Shown one piece after another: positions 52,084-64,000 of a DNA stretch of 64,000 nt. The position numbers and the translations under genes are program-made. The stretch spans positions 38,254,001-38,318,000 of the forward strand of contig OZ004608.1 of NCBI GenBank assembly GCA_963924565.1, written 5' to 3'. Every line of letters starts with the position of its first letter. Within the stretch, counting starts at the first letter, position 1. The notes beneath the pieces are model-generated. The model had not been told where the DNA came from. It worked only from the letters and a program-made list of their open reading frames with translations, and made no database searches. The stretch comes from Ascidiella aspersa (lineage: Eukaryota).

Positions 52084-52782
52084 ATTTAAACCAAATAAAC
52101 GCAACCTTTTCAACGCATTGCCGCCATCTTGAATATATTTACACCTAATTTCAGTTGCGCATTTGCGCGAGTTCAACCGTGAACAGGAACCGCTTAAGGT
52201 TACTTGTATCATGACGTCACGTTACGACGTAATTTGTGACGTCATCTATGAAATTTTCGCGCCCAAATAAAATCCTAGAACCGCCCTGGGCTACATTAAC
52301 ACTAATCTGGCTAAATACACTATTTTTCACAATAAACCACTCAAAACATTCCATAAAATAAAAATAAAGATTCTTGAGAAAAAAAAGCAAAAAATCATTT
52401 CATTTTTAAACATACTTTTAAAATATTCTTTCAAAAATGATAAGCACCCCAATTGGCTACTATTGATACATATGCACAACTTGTACCAACATATTTGCGT
52501 ATATATAGGTTTTTTAGTTTTATCTTATTTTAAAAATATTCACTCCTATCGGCAACTGTTATTATCTTATAAATACCAAAATACCCGCAATATTAAAAAA
52601 TAACAACTGCTTAGTTTTTCTAAGAACACTATACGGACATGTTTTCAAACTAAATTTATTTGTCCTTTCTATTCACTTTAAAACTATTAACTCTTACATA
52701 TTCTCCATATACATCCCGAAAATGTACATTAAAAAAAAGGAAATATCTTATTATACGGGCCACCAATTTATTTTCAATACAT

Positions 52783-55098
52783 GGTTTTAAAGTTGTTGTG
52801 ATAGCTGCTCTATCAACTTTTAAAAGTTCGTAGCTGTATAGTAAACAATGTTTTTGATTCAACACACATAGTCTGATAAATAAATTTTAAAGCGGTTTTT
52901 AAACAGCACCAAAAGGAGCAATAAGTTCGTAAGAAAACATATTGATTTCCACGAACGAAACTTTTACTATGTAAGATTTTAGCTCAATTAGCATAAATTT
53001 GCAACTAAATTTAAAAGAACGTATACGCTATTATCTTACGGCTACAGCACACCAGTTAACCTTTGCACTCTGTAAGCAACACTTGGTCATATTAGCGTCA
53101 TAACACGCAAGCAACGGCAAGTTATGGTATACGCAATTTCTGCTCGATCTTTAAAAGCCATAACGTGCATAACGTCATATGCCTTCTGCCTTGTTCATTA
53201 CAACCACGCTTAAACGGAAGCCATATTAAAATGTGAGGCAGTTTGACAATAAATTGCTGTTTGCAAACCACTGATTGCTTGGTGCCAGTTTTGCCGGCAT
53301 TAAGGAGTTCTGTCGATGAGGTGAAAGTTGATGATGAGTTAAGCTTAATAACCTAAATTGCTTGATAGCATTTGCTACTAAATAATACAATTCACATACA
53401 ACAGATAAAACAACTCCTATATGAAAATGTGAAATCAAAACTATAATCAAGCTGCGTTTCGTTTCTTTGCAGTTTTCCCTTTCTGCTGGCAACCTTTGAC
53501 TGAAACTAACAACCCTAATACACTCGCACGTAAAATCCACGCACAATAACTTTGCAGCGATTTATTATCACCTTGCTACCTTGTTATCTCGATTGTATTT
53601 TGATGCATTATTAAATTTTTTTAGCCTTGCTTTAATTTATACGCGGGGAATAATACATTGTGTATATACGCAATTATGACGCAACGCGTAAAAACTCCAA
53701 AACTTAACTTTAAGCTAAAAACACATATGCCTTGCTTACAAGTTGTTTTTTCGTAGGATATACAAAAGTCACAGAAAATGCTACCGAAAAAAAATACTAT
53801 ATGCAACCACTAAATTAGCAAAGCTCATTTTTAAAATACAATCAATATAACAAGGTAGCAAAGGGCTAATAAATCGTTGATTTTTTTTGTGGAGTGTACA
53901 TTCTTTTTTGGTTTGCTTTGTTTGTTGCTTTGCGTAACAATCGTTATAGTCACAATTCGGTGGTAAACATGTAATATTTGGTATTGGCAAGGCCATATAA
54001 TAAAGTTCCACCTATATAGTATTTATTTTAAAGCATTTTCTGTGACTTTTCTATATCAAACAAAAAATGACTTCTAAGACAAGGCAAACGAGTTTTTATA
54101 TCAAATTAGGTTTGGAAGTTTTTACTCGTTGCGTCATAATTGTATATATATACATAATGTATTATTCCCTGCTTATAAATTAAAGCAAGACCAAGAAAAA
54201 GCTATTAATGCATCAAAATATAATCAATATAACAAGGTAGCAAAGTGCTAATAAATCGTTGAAATTTGATTTGTGGATTGTACATGCGAGTGTATTAGGG
54301 TTGTTATTTTCAGTCACCAGCAGAATAAGAAAACTGCAAAGTAACGAAACGCAGCTTGATTATAGTTATGAGCGAGTTTTGATTTCACATTTTCAATTAA
54401 GAATTATTTATCTGTTGTATGTGCAATGTTTTACTCAGCAGCAAATGGCATCAAGCAATTTCGTGTATAAAGCTTAACTTTTTATCAGTTTGACTAACCC
54501 CAACTACAAATACCCATAATGCAGGCAAAACTAGCACGAAGCAATCAATGTTTTGCAAACAGCAATTTATTGTCAAACTGCCTCACAATTTAATATGGCT
54601 TCCGTTTAAGCGTGGTTGTTATGAACAAGGCAGAAGGCATATGACGTTATGCACGTTATAGCTTTTAAATATTGAACAGAAATTGCGTCTACAATAACTT
54701 GTCGTTGCTTGCGTGTTATGACGTTAATACGACCAAGTGTTACTTAAAGAGTGCCAGTGTTAACTGATGTGCTGTAGCCGTAAAAATAATAGCGTATACG
54801 TTCTTTTTAAATTTAGTCTTAAATTTATAGAATATGAGCAAAACTATACCCAACGAGTTAATTTATAAGTCTTCGTTTATGAAAAAATTATATTTTTTTA
54901 TAATCTTATTTCTCCTTTTGGTGCTTTGTGAACCTAAACATTGAACGTTTATTTTTAAGTAACATATTTGTGCGGTTGGGGCCGGAATTAAATTATTTTA
55001 ATAAAATTGGATTTAAAAATATGGCTTGAATGAAATACGTGGTTTATTGTACAGCTACGAACTTCTGGATAGAGCAGCTATCACAACAAGTTTAAAAC
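52783..55098. repeat. Large inverted repeat (foldback) with ~1-kb arms and a ~250-bp spacer
   Basis: The left arm ~52783-53782 is the reverse complement of the right arm ~54032-55098. For example, 53221 ccatattaaaatgtgaggcagtttgacaataaattgctg matches cagcaatttattgtcaaactgcctcacaatttaatatgg at ~54560-54598. Confidence 0.88.
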
Positions 55099-58000
55099 TA
55101 GACGGGGTTACGGTTGTTGTATATTTTGTCAGGGGATGTTTTTTAGGGCTTATTTTCATGGGTGGTTCAATAATTGGGTCATTATAAATATTTACAAGGT
55201 TGTCCTTGTAATATTATATATTACACTTTGTTTTGTTGATTGTTGGGTGCATATTAAGTTTCCTCGAACCAGATATGCGCCGAAAATTTCCTGCCTTCAC
55301 AGTTCATCTACGACCTTACAAATGCAAAGTTAGTCAAGGTATAAATTTTCTGTTTTTTTGTAAAGACTATGCTCCTTTAATAGACAAATACATACCCCAA
55401 AACTTTTCCTTGACTTGTTTCTGCAAGCAAATACATATATGGGCTGAAAATTCCCAGCCTTTTTCCATGACTTTACTGATGCGAAGGAAGCAGTTTACTA
55501 ACGGATACAATTTAGTTCTTCAAGTAAAAACTAAGCATAATTGCGTAATAGCACAAATATATATGCGTAACAAAATAATATTTGTTTTAACGATTATTGG
55601 AATACAAACCCACTAGGCTGCACTACACCGAAATTCCAAGAACGAGTCTTGTTCACAAGATATTGCTACCGTTTGATAGGGGTGTCGAATTATGTAAGGA
55701 TGTGGTAATGGTCGAAAAAATTAAACTCTAACCTATTTGTCAGATTAACTTAGAGGAAGGCAAAAACGGTTCAGGTTTTTTCAAAATATTCGCTTCAGTT
55801 CCTGTTCAGTTCTTTCAAATCCTGCAAAAAACGGTTCAGGTTAGGTTATGGTTCGGGAAAAATGGCTCAAAAGCGGTTCATAATGTTCCGGTTCGGTTGG
55901 ACTCCCTGGAAGAAACGTATAATAAAGTGAATAAAAACTATACATTTTATAATTCGACACAGTGTATACGCATTATCTACATCAAATCTATTCATCAAAT
56001 TTATTTTTCATTCCTCAATTACCTCGTCTTTATTGAATTTAATGCGCGGGAATAATAAAAAGGCGAGGCCATATATAAAGTTCCACTCATCGTATAACAC
56101 AGGGAAGGGGCTTTTAATAAAATACGCTGCTGCTGTTGTTGGCATTAAACATTACACTTTTGCCTAAGAATTTCCGATGGTCTTCCTTTTGTCGCCCGAA
56201 TTCGCTCGCTTCCTTCCAAGGTTGTAGTAAGAGGTACTAAGAATATCAAAGCCCATACAGAAGTTTAAACGTTTCGAATAACACTTTATTCATTTTCAAC
56301 ATAGCTAGCTAGTTTATAGCTTTGGCAATTTATTTAACGTTTTTATTTCAAGATAATGGTGCATCTCATGAAGGAAATTTATCCGACTGCAAAACAAAAT
56401 CCCAAGAAGGGTGGGTAGACAAACAAAGGGGGTTGTTGTGTTTGTAAACGAAACAAACAAACAAAGTAACGTGTTTCTCCTAATGATTCTTTCTTTTCAT
56501 TCATAAAAATGTATACATCAAAAGCGTTAGTTAGACGGTTAGAGCAACATGCCAACTTTCTTGTACTTAGATAACTTCGCTGGTGTCTCTCCACCTTTTG
56601 GCTCAAATGGGCCACGAAGACCAGATCGACAGTCCCCGATATAAATGCGTGGTTTCACTCGACGTCATCACCAACATCGCCAAGTAAGTTGCCTGAACGC
56701 AAAATTTAACTATTTCTTTCACAGAAATATCACCTTAACATTTTCGTTTTTTCATTGACAACTATTTCACATATTTTATTTCTTTATGCTGTTTATTTTA
56801 CTGGATTTTATTCTTTATGCTATTTATTTTGTAAAACTTTATTTACAACTAAATTTACTTAAAATTCACCTTAATTGTTTTGCTTTAGGTTTTTTTTTTA
56901 GATTTATTAAAATTATTTATTTTAATGAACAATTACTTTTTTGGTTCTTATCTTATCTCGCAGAACCGTGAGTTTCGATGTCTTGCAATATCTCTACGAT
57001 TTCGTATGATGCATCCCTGCTATGACGTCACAATGATGCATTACCGCGTCACAATCTCCCAAAGTGTGGTGTGAGTAATTCCTTACCAAGTTGTTTTTCT
57101 TCCTTCACTGCCTGTGTTACATTTCCATTTATTCCAATAAAATCTCTACTTTCAATGAGTTCTGTTCCACTTTAGGTTTGCATGGGGCACCCAGTTCTTA
57201 AGTTGCTAAAGTTTGTGTAGAAAGTTTCTTTTTTGGAGAATCGTGAGATTTCAAGCAAGAAACATATGTTCAACTTGCTCTAAGACAGTTGCTTTTAAAG
57301 TAAGTTTTTATTCTTGTTTTTAGTTAGTAGTTACAACACTTTTTGCTCTGTTTCCTAAATTTATATAATAAAATTATTTTAAAATGTTTGTGGACTAAAA
57401 CGTTACGATTTTTTTGAAAATAAATCATTAAATGACTGAAAAGGCGTAAACCATTCTTAACTATGAAAAACGCCGATAAATATAAAAAAGCTGGATACAA
57501 TGAAAATTAAAATAATCTATTATTTTTTTGCGAGGGCATTAGCTTAATAAATGCCAGAAAAATACCTGTATTAAGATTTTAACTCACGATCCTAGCCCTT
57601 TAAATATATTTATTCCTGGAAGCAGACGCGTAGCGCGGCCGTTTTAAAGGGATCAGCAAACTGAAATCACCTAGTCCTTTCGGGGTGTATGATATAAACA
57701 CCCCTAGCTGGTACGGGCGGAGACTGAAACTTTTACGTTTCGTATATTCTAGAACTGAAAAAGGCGATTTGTAGGAGCTTAATTAAAACATTGTCTGTTC
57801 GACGCTAGAAAAACGCAGGAAACTGCGAACTCCGCACCTGGCATTGCACGTTAGTCGCTCGCCTAATAACGCTTGATTGACGCTTAATTATTAGGCGAAG
57901 GTTATCGCGAGACGTAATTGGTCGCCCGAAAAACGCTGACACTGCACAACAAAAGGCTATACATTTAAAGGAAGCAGTATAAATGCAAAACCTCGGCCTG

Positions 58001-59059
58001 TTACAACTGCGACGACCGAGCGATTCTTTTCGAGATGAAGGCAAATAACAACGTTCAATAGAGCGACTTGCGGCGAAGAGCGCTTGACCGGCCCAACCCT
58101 AATGAACGTACAGGGATATTAACTACTTCGTGGATGATATTATACGGAATACAAAAAAAAAAGTTTAAAATGTACATTACTGTAGCGTACACGCCTGTTT
58201 TGTCTACCTCGTTGAGAAGTCTGTTGGTTATATATATATATATAAAATATCTTTACGTTATCAGGCCTGATTACTTGAGTCGGTGACAGGCGAAATGCCA
58301 GGTGAAACAACGATAACGAGCGGTGATTAAGCACCGACCTGTCATCGGTGCCAGGTGCAATGTTGCCGATGTAACATCACAGCAATTAGGGGTTTAGTTT
58401 TGTGATCGTTGTTTACTGAGATTTCAAAGGAGAGTGTCTAGACTTCTATTGCAAAAACCCAAACGAACTCATTTCGATAAATTTCAATCTTATTAAAGTA
58501 ACAGTATTTTCTTATCCTGAGTAATATTTTGATTTGCAAATTATAAAAAGCAATGAAACTGTTTTAGCAGAAATTAGGGTGAAATACGTGGCGTTGCCCA
58601 GCAGGTTAATTAAATAAAGATATTCCAGTTTAATTTAAGCTGGTAAATGACTAAAGATGTTGTAACAGCGATGTAAATTAATTACACCTACAATAACCAC
58701 GATAGTATACCTAATCTACCTGAATTATGTCTGGTTGAACAAAATGAAACAATCCATCATACTGTGGACTCTTTCTCACTATTACACATTACATTGTAAC
58801 ATGTTAAATGTGCTAGCCTCGTGTTTCACCCGATGATAATGAAAAATAAATGTGACAGTCAGGGTACACCCAAAACTCAATGTTACGGATAGCGTAAGAT
58901 ATTCTTCAGAGGCATAAATATTGCGAAAAATTTGTTCAAGTTGCATAACACTTTACTTATGCATAAACGTTTGCACTACGTGTCAGTAAATAGAAATTTC
59001 AAATCATGTGATGTGTTTTTAAGCTTCACGCGGTTTTAATCACTGTTGTGCTTCCCCAG

Positions 59060-59160
59060 GTATAGATTCGTCCACAGCTTGCAAGCCTGGGTTTGGCTCA
59101 GTTTATTACAGGAAGCTGAACAAGAAATGGACGCGACACACCGTGACGTGAGTCATTACG
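59060..59160 (+). other. Orphan 101-nt exon-like block, copy 2
   Basis: cttccccag acceptor and gtaagg donor; homologous to 45509-45609. Confidence 0.55.
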
Positions 59161-60489
59161 GTAAGGCTTGCTGAGGTTAAGCTACCATCGGAGCCAAAAT
59201 GTGAATCTTAAATGAACCCAATTACCTCGCGGCACCCTTGAGCATTCCAAATGGTACCCCAGGGTGCCGCGGCGCCCCGGTTGTAAACCCAAATCAACCC
59301 AAATATATTTAAAGCAGATTAATTAAATAAATGACAAGTCCTTTGTTGGAGACACACTGTTGTGTTACTCGGCAATTTTTTCAGCAAAATATCAACAAAA
59401 CTTTATTTTATTAGAAATTTCAGTTTTATATAAAACTGTATTTTAACGAAAAATATCACGTTTACATAAAAGTTTGTTTTCTTGCTTAAGTAAGATTTTC
59501 CATTGGGCACTTGACAGGGTTTTTCGAGGAACCAGAGCCCCTAGATGTGCGGGGGGAGGGGGTACTGCCGACCCTCTGAAAGTGGGGGCAACTATTCCTG
59601 CAGGTGGGTTAATATAATGCTTTGGTGCCTTTTTCTGGAATGTATCTAGCCAACATATCATTTTACGACCGATAAGCAGGTTTCTTAGTTCTAGTTCGTT
59701 TTTAATTCATGACGACCCTGGTCAACGTGAACTCAAAAGCATTTTCGGGGCCTCATTCAAATTTTTAGAACCCTGGCTTAAGTGTAGCGCTTTCATAAAA
59801 AAAGAAGTTTTCTCGCAAAAAAGGTTTTGAGATTAAAACGAGTGATATTAAACCAGAGTTGATTATTTATTTTTTCCAAGTTTTAATAATTTTATTTAAT
59901 TTTTCAAAACCACTTTTATTGCCAAGCTAGTATCTAAATGTAAATATATGGCGCCAAATATAATACAAAACTAAACACTTCCCGGTGTATAAGGAGCATC
60001 GCTATACGTTTAAAGACAGGAAGCTTTGATGGAAAACCTAGTCAGAGAGTCTCTATAGGCTCGCGTGGTAAACAATGGCTTACACTAAGGTAGCTTTTCC
60101 CTATTCCTAACACTGGGCATAATGGTTTTATTTTGTGAATCCTAATGCTTTCACTTATATTTTTTATTGGCTTGTGCAAAAAGAATCACAAGATTTTAAA
60201 ATAATATATGGTTATATTGTTAAAATGCACACATCACATATATTATAAATGAACATAGAGACTACAATTTAATACAATTTGAACGACAATATTTACACTC
60301 ACTGATAAACAGAAAAATAAAACGATGGTAATTTCTGATTATATATGCCATAAATTAGCATGAAGATTTCGCAATATTTTAAAGTTTGTGAGGGGTGATT
60401 TAGTCAACTTTCGTGTGTTTATATGGTTTCCCTTGATTCAAATGGTACATAAGTGGTCCATAATTACTATATATTTTTTATTTTTGGAC

Positions 60490-63400
60490 TTAAAGTTGAT
60501 TTTCTGCTATGACATTCCCTTCTTTATTTCTGCTTAAGGCAGGAATCTTACGTTTTTTAAGTTTCTCCAATCGAACAGTGCATCTTTCTATCAATGTGGA
60601 GTAAAGCAAGGGGTTCAATGCACTGTTAATGGGAAGCAAAATACCAGCACTAATAAGATAAACATCATTGGGTAGTGGAACACCAGAAACAGCCAAGTAA
60701 GCAAGCACACACATTGGGATCCAGCAACAGAAGTCAGTAATAAGCAAGCGAGAAATACGTTTTTGCATTTTGCTGTTTGGTTGTTTATTTCTAGATTTAG
60801 CCATTTTGTTACTTTCTATGTAAATAAGTATGTAAGCCACAAGCATGAAAATAAACAGAAGAAAATTGAGTGTGATAAGAAACACAGAATATTGCCAAGA
60901 AGCGTCATTTGCAGAGGCGAACAGTCTGGGCATGCAAACACTAGTTTCACCATAATAACCAAATATTCCTTTTATCGGTTGATTGGGAAAAGTATTGCTC
61001 ATTAGCAGAGTGACGTCATGCCAATGAAGTGATGTCATGTTATGTGGTTTTATTTTATTGACCAAATCAACCATCTTTTGTTTAATGACTTGATCAGTTT
61101 TAAAAAATCTACTTGAAAACCAAACATGAGAAACAAAATATCCTGAACTGTAATCAAACAAAGGCAGAAGTGAAAATAAAATTGCAAACAGCCAAACACA
61201 TGCACATGAAATGTAAATCCCCTTTAGCTCCATGGTTCTAGTGATAAATGGCTTGTAAACTGCTGCAAGTCTAAACGCTGTCATGACAGCCATGGTACCC
61301 GAAGAAGCCATGGTAGCTACAACACACAACACCCCAAGAATGGAGCAAGTGCTACTTGTACGCCAAACTGCGTCAAACGAGCAATATTCCCCAGAAAACT
61401 GTAAACCTTTTATGCTTATTGCAATAAGATAAATGCCCATGAAAAAATCAGCAAGTGCCAAACTAAGCAAATGTATGTAGGTGCTTTTTGTGAAGTTATC
61501 TGCGTTCTTGTTATTTACAATGTCCCTTATAGTAATAACAACAACCGCTAAATTCCCGATGCCAGCCACCAACCCCATTAACCAGAAGAAAGCTCTGTAA
61601 ACAGGGTTAGCGATCATTTCCTTTTGATTTGAGAAAATGGAACTTCGCTTACTTATGGGCGGGCATTCGTCACTTCCGTCCGAACATTGAGGGAATCCAT
61701 CTTCAACCAAGTTGATGTCGACCGACAGGGGCTTTCCATTGCGACAGTAAAACCTCGTTTCACTGCATCGTGTCGTATCCTCGTCCGATCCGTCGTCGCA
61801 GTCTATTATTCCATCACAAAGGTTGTTGACGTCGATGCTGGTGAGCGGTCCACTAGCGCAATTGTGACGCTTGGGGCACATTCCACGTACGTCGCACCCT
61901 GAAACATTCACCCCCTTACATGCAGCTATCAAAAGAATGCACTCCACATCGCAAAACTTTGGTCGAGGCTCACAACCATTACATTCATCTTCCATGTTGT
62001 CACATTCAGGTCTGCCATCGCATTTAGTGGCGCGTACGGGGGGTGATAAGAAGCCAGTGTGGCAATACATGTGATCCACTTCACCATCATCCTGAGCTAG
62101 TCCGCAATATTTCGTGTTGGATTCTCCTACACAACTGACTTCTGGGTTACAAAGCACTTTGTCCATATCCACGCAGTCCGTTTCATTGCGGCAATGCATT
62201 TGGTTGGGAGGGCAAGCGTATCTAGCTTCGCCCAAGATATCATGGCAAACTGTTTGGTTGTCGCACAAACATTCATCGGAAAGATCGTAGCAGTCTGGAA
62301 CCCCATTGCAAACTTGCTGTTGAGAAACAACCAGTCGTTTGTCCAAACACAAGAAGCAAACGAATTGTCCATCAACGAAGCAAACATCTGACTTATCAGC
62401 GCATTGAGGTTCATCGTCGTAAATGTTTATCTGCGGTAAAACGCAAATTCCTCTTCTGCTTATTCCCAAACATTTCAATCCCAGACCGGTTTTGATTTCA
62501 TCATCATTGCAACTAACCATGTTGTTGCAATATTCAAAGGTGGGAAGAAGATTACCGTTAATACATCGTAACAAACTTGTGTGCGTTCCTTCCCCACAAA
62601 CCCACTGTCCATTCCCACACACCCTGTCTTTCACCCTTCGCACGGCCCCATAAGTTGGCGGCAAGTCGTCTTGTTGTGAATAGCTTGAAACTTAGTTTTG
62701 CTTGTCTCGTTAGAGCAGTGAGATGATTGGCTGATGTTTGTGGGTGCTACGTCAACATACATATTATCGCAAGGCTCCTTTCGTCCGACGCACTGGATCC
62801 TACCGTCAGCCACTTGTTGCTGGCAAGCTCTGCAAAACCACTCGTCGCTGCCGTCAAAGCACTGGGGCCAATCGTCACATATCATTTCCACTGTAACACA
62901 CTGAAGCCCATCGTTGCAATGTACTGCGCCACTTGCACAACTGCTGCAGTTCGTCTCATCACTCTTATTGTAACAATTCGTCCACCCATCGCACCACATC
63001 ATTCCTAGAACACACCGCATCCCATCATTGCACATTTTCGCTCCTAAGTTGCAAGTTGTGCAGTTCCATTCATCACTCAAATCCAAACAATTATTCCACC
63101 CATCGCACAGCACATTTGCGCGAACACACTGCTTCCCATCATTGCACATCTTTGCCCCTGGTATGCAAGTTGTGCAGTTCGTCTCATCGCTCCTATCGGA
63201 ACAATCGTTAAATCCATCACACCACTTGCTGGCGCGAACACGCTGCTTCCCATCATCGCACATCTTTGCTCCTCCATTGCAAGTTGTGCAGTTCGTCTCA
63301 TCACTCAAATCGTTACAATCCGCAATCCCATCGCACCGCGAACTGGCGTGAATACACTGCTTCCCATCATCGCACATCTTTGCTCCTCCATTGCAAGTTG

Positions 63401-63920
63401 TGCAGTGCGTCTCATCACTCAAATCGTCACAATCCGCAATCCCATTGCACCACCAACTTGCGCGAACACAGTGCTTCCCATCATCGCACATCTTTGCCCC
63501 TCCATTGCAAGTTGTGCAGTGCGTCTCATCACTCAAATCGTCGCAATCCGCAATCCCATCGCACCACGAACTGGCGTGAATACACTGCTTCCCATCATCG
63601 CACATCTTTGCTGCTCCATTGCAAGCTGTGCAGTTTGACTCATCACTCAAATCGTAACAATCGATACCCCCATCGCACCACCAACTTGCGCGAACACAGT
63701 GCTTCCCATCATCGCACATCTTTGCCCCTCCATTGCAAGTTGTACAGTTTGTCTCATCATCAGCATACCAACAGTCCCTACGCCCGTCGCAAACTTCAGT
63801 TTGGTTGATGCACTTCACATCTGGCCAGCTGCATTCGAACTGGTCCTTAGAACATCTTGCTTTTACTCCAACGCACAAGACAAGCAACACACAAGCAAAA
63901 GCAAACATTCCCAACTGCAT
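60490..63920 (-). pseudogene. LDLa-repeat GPCR copy 2, split by a 1-nt frameshift (pseudogene, truncated secreted form, or assembly error)
   Basis: ORFs 63920-62631 and 62664-60490 are collinear with copy 1. Copy 1 reads ggg cgg aga gac and copy 2 reads ggg tgaaa gac (1 nt shorter), giving TGA at 62633-62631. The rest of the 7TM ORF is intact. Confidence 0.8.
62950..63770 (-). repeat. 117-bp (39-aa) LDLa coding tandem array, ~7 units
   Basis: Repeated TTCNGGAKMCDDGK.C..AS.WCDG..DC.DLSDET.C units in the ORF translation. Confidence 0.9.
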
Positions 63921-64000
63921 TTTACCAACTTATAGTGTGCAATATCTTGTTTTAAACTGCGCATGTGCAAATACAGAGGTTTAATCGGCGTATAATATTA

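Larger units (their letters stand above)
45500..64000 (-). repeat. Tandem duplication of the LDLa-GPCR unit (~45500-49650 and ~59050->64000)
   Basis: Shared CDS, 3' flanks (46200-46625 vs 60075-60490), 5' flanks (49568-49645 vs 63921-64000) and a duplicated plus-strand exon-like block. Confidence 0.85.

Noticed and set aside
46807-63984. Many short ORFs overlapping the GPCR genes, including the repetitive His/Cys-rich ORF 63266-63808
   Set aside because: These are antisense or alternative-frame shadows of the LDLa repeats and 7TM coding sequence.

Overview
AT-rich, intron-containing animal genomic DNA. It is most likely an invertebrate chordate such as an ascidian, inferred from intron size, repeat types and gene families and not proven. 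All gene models were assembled by hand from GT-AG boundaries and reading phase. From left to right: (1) two tandem paralogs (5412-11733 and 15511-23788, +). In each, four MARVEL-like transmembrane exons can splice in frame into a macrodomain and a PARP14/15-type ADP-ribosyltransferase domain. This apparent membrane-integral MARVEL-macro-ART fusion is the most unusual feature of the window. (2) A 14-exon BTB-BACK gene with an inserted helical module and a TPR-like C-terminus instead of Kelch repeats (27997-37578, +). (3) The tRNA-splicing endonuclease subunit TSEN2 (38752-41558, -). (4) Two tandem intronless LDLa-repeat class A GPCRs related to GRL101/RXFP but lacking leucine-rich repeats (46625-49567 and 60490-63920, -). 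The second is frameshifted and has an expanded, variable LDLa array. Introns and intergenic DNA carry many hAT-type MITEs with 8-bp TSDs (one nested), a tRNA-derived SINE family, minisatellites, a ~2.3-kb foldback and orphan plus-strand exons.
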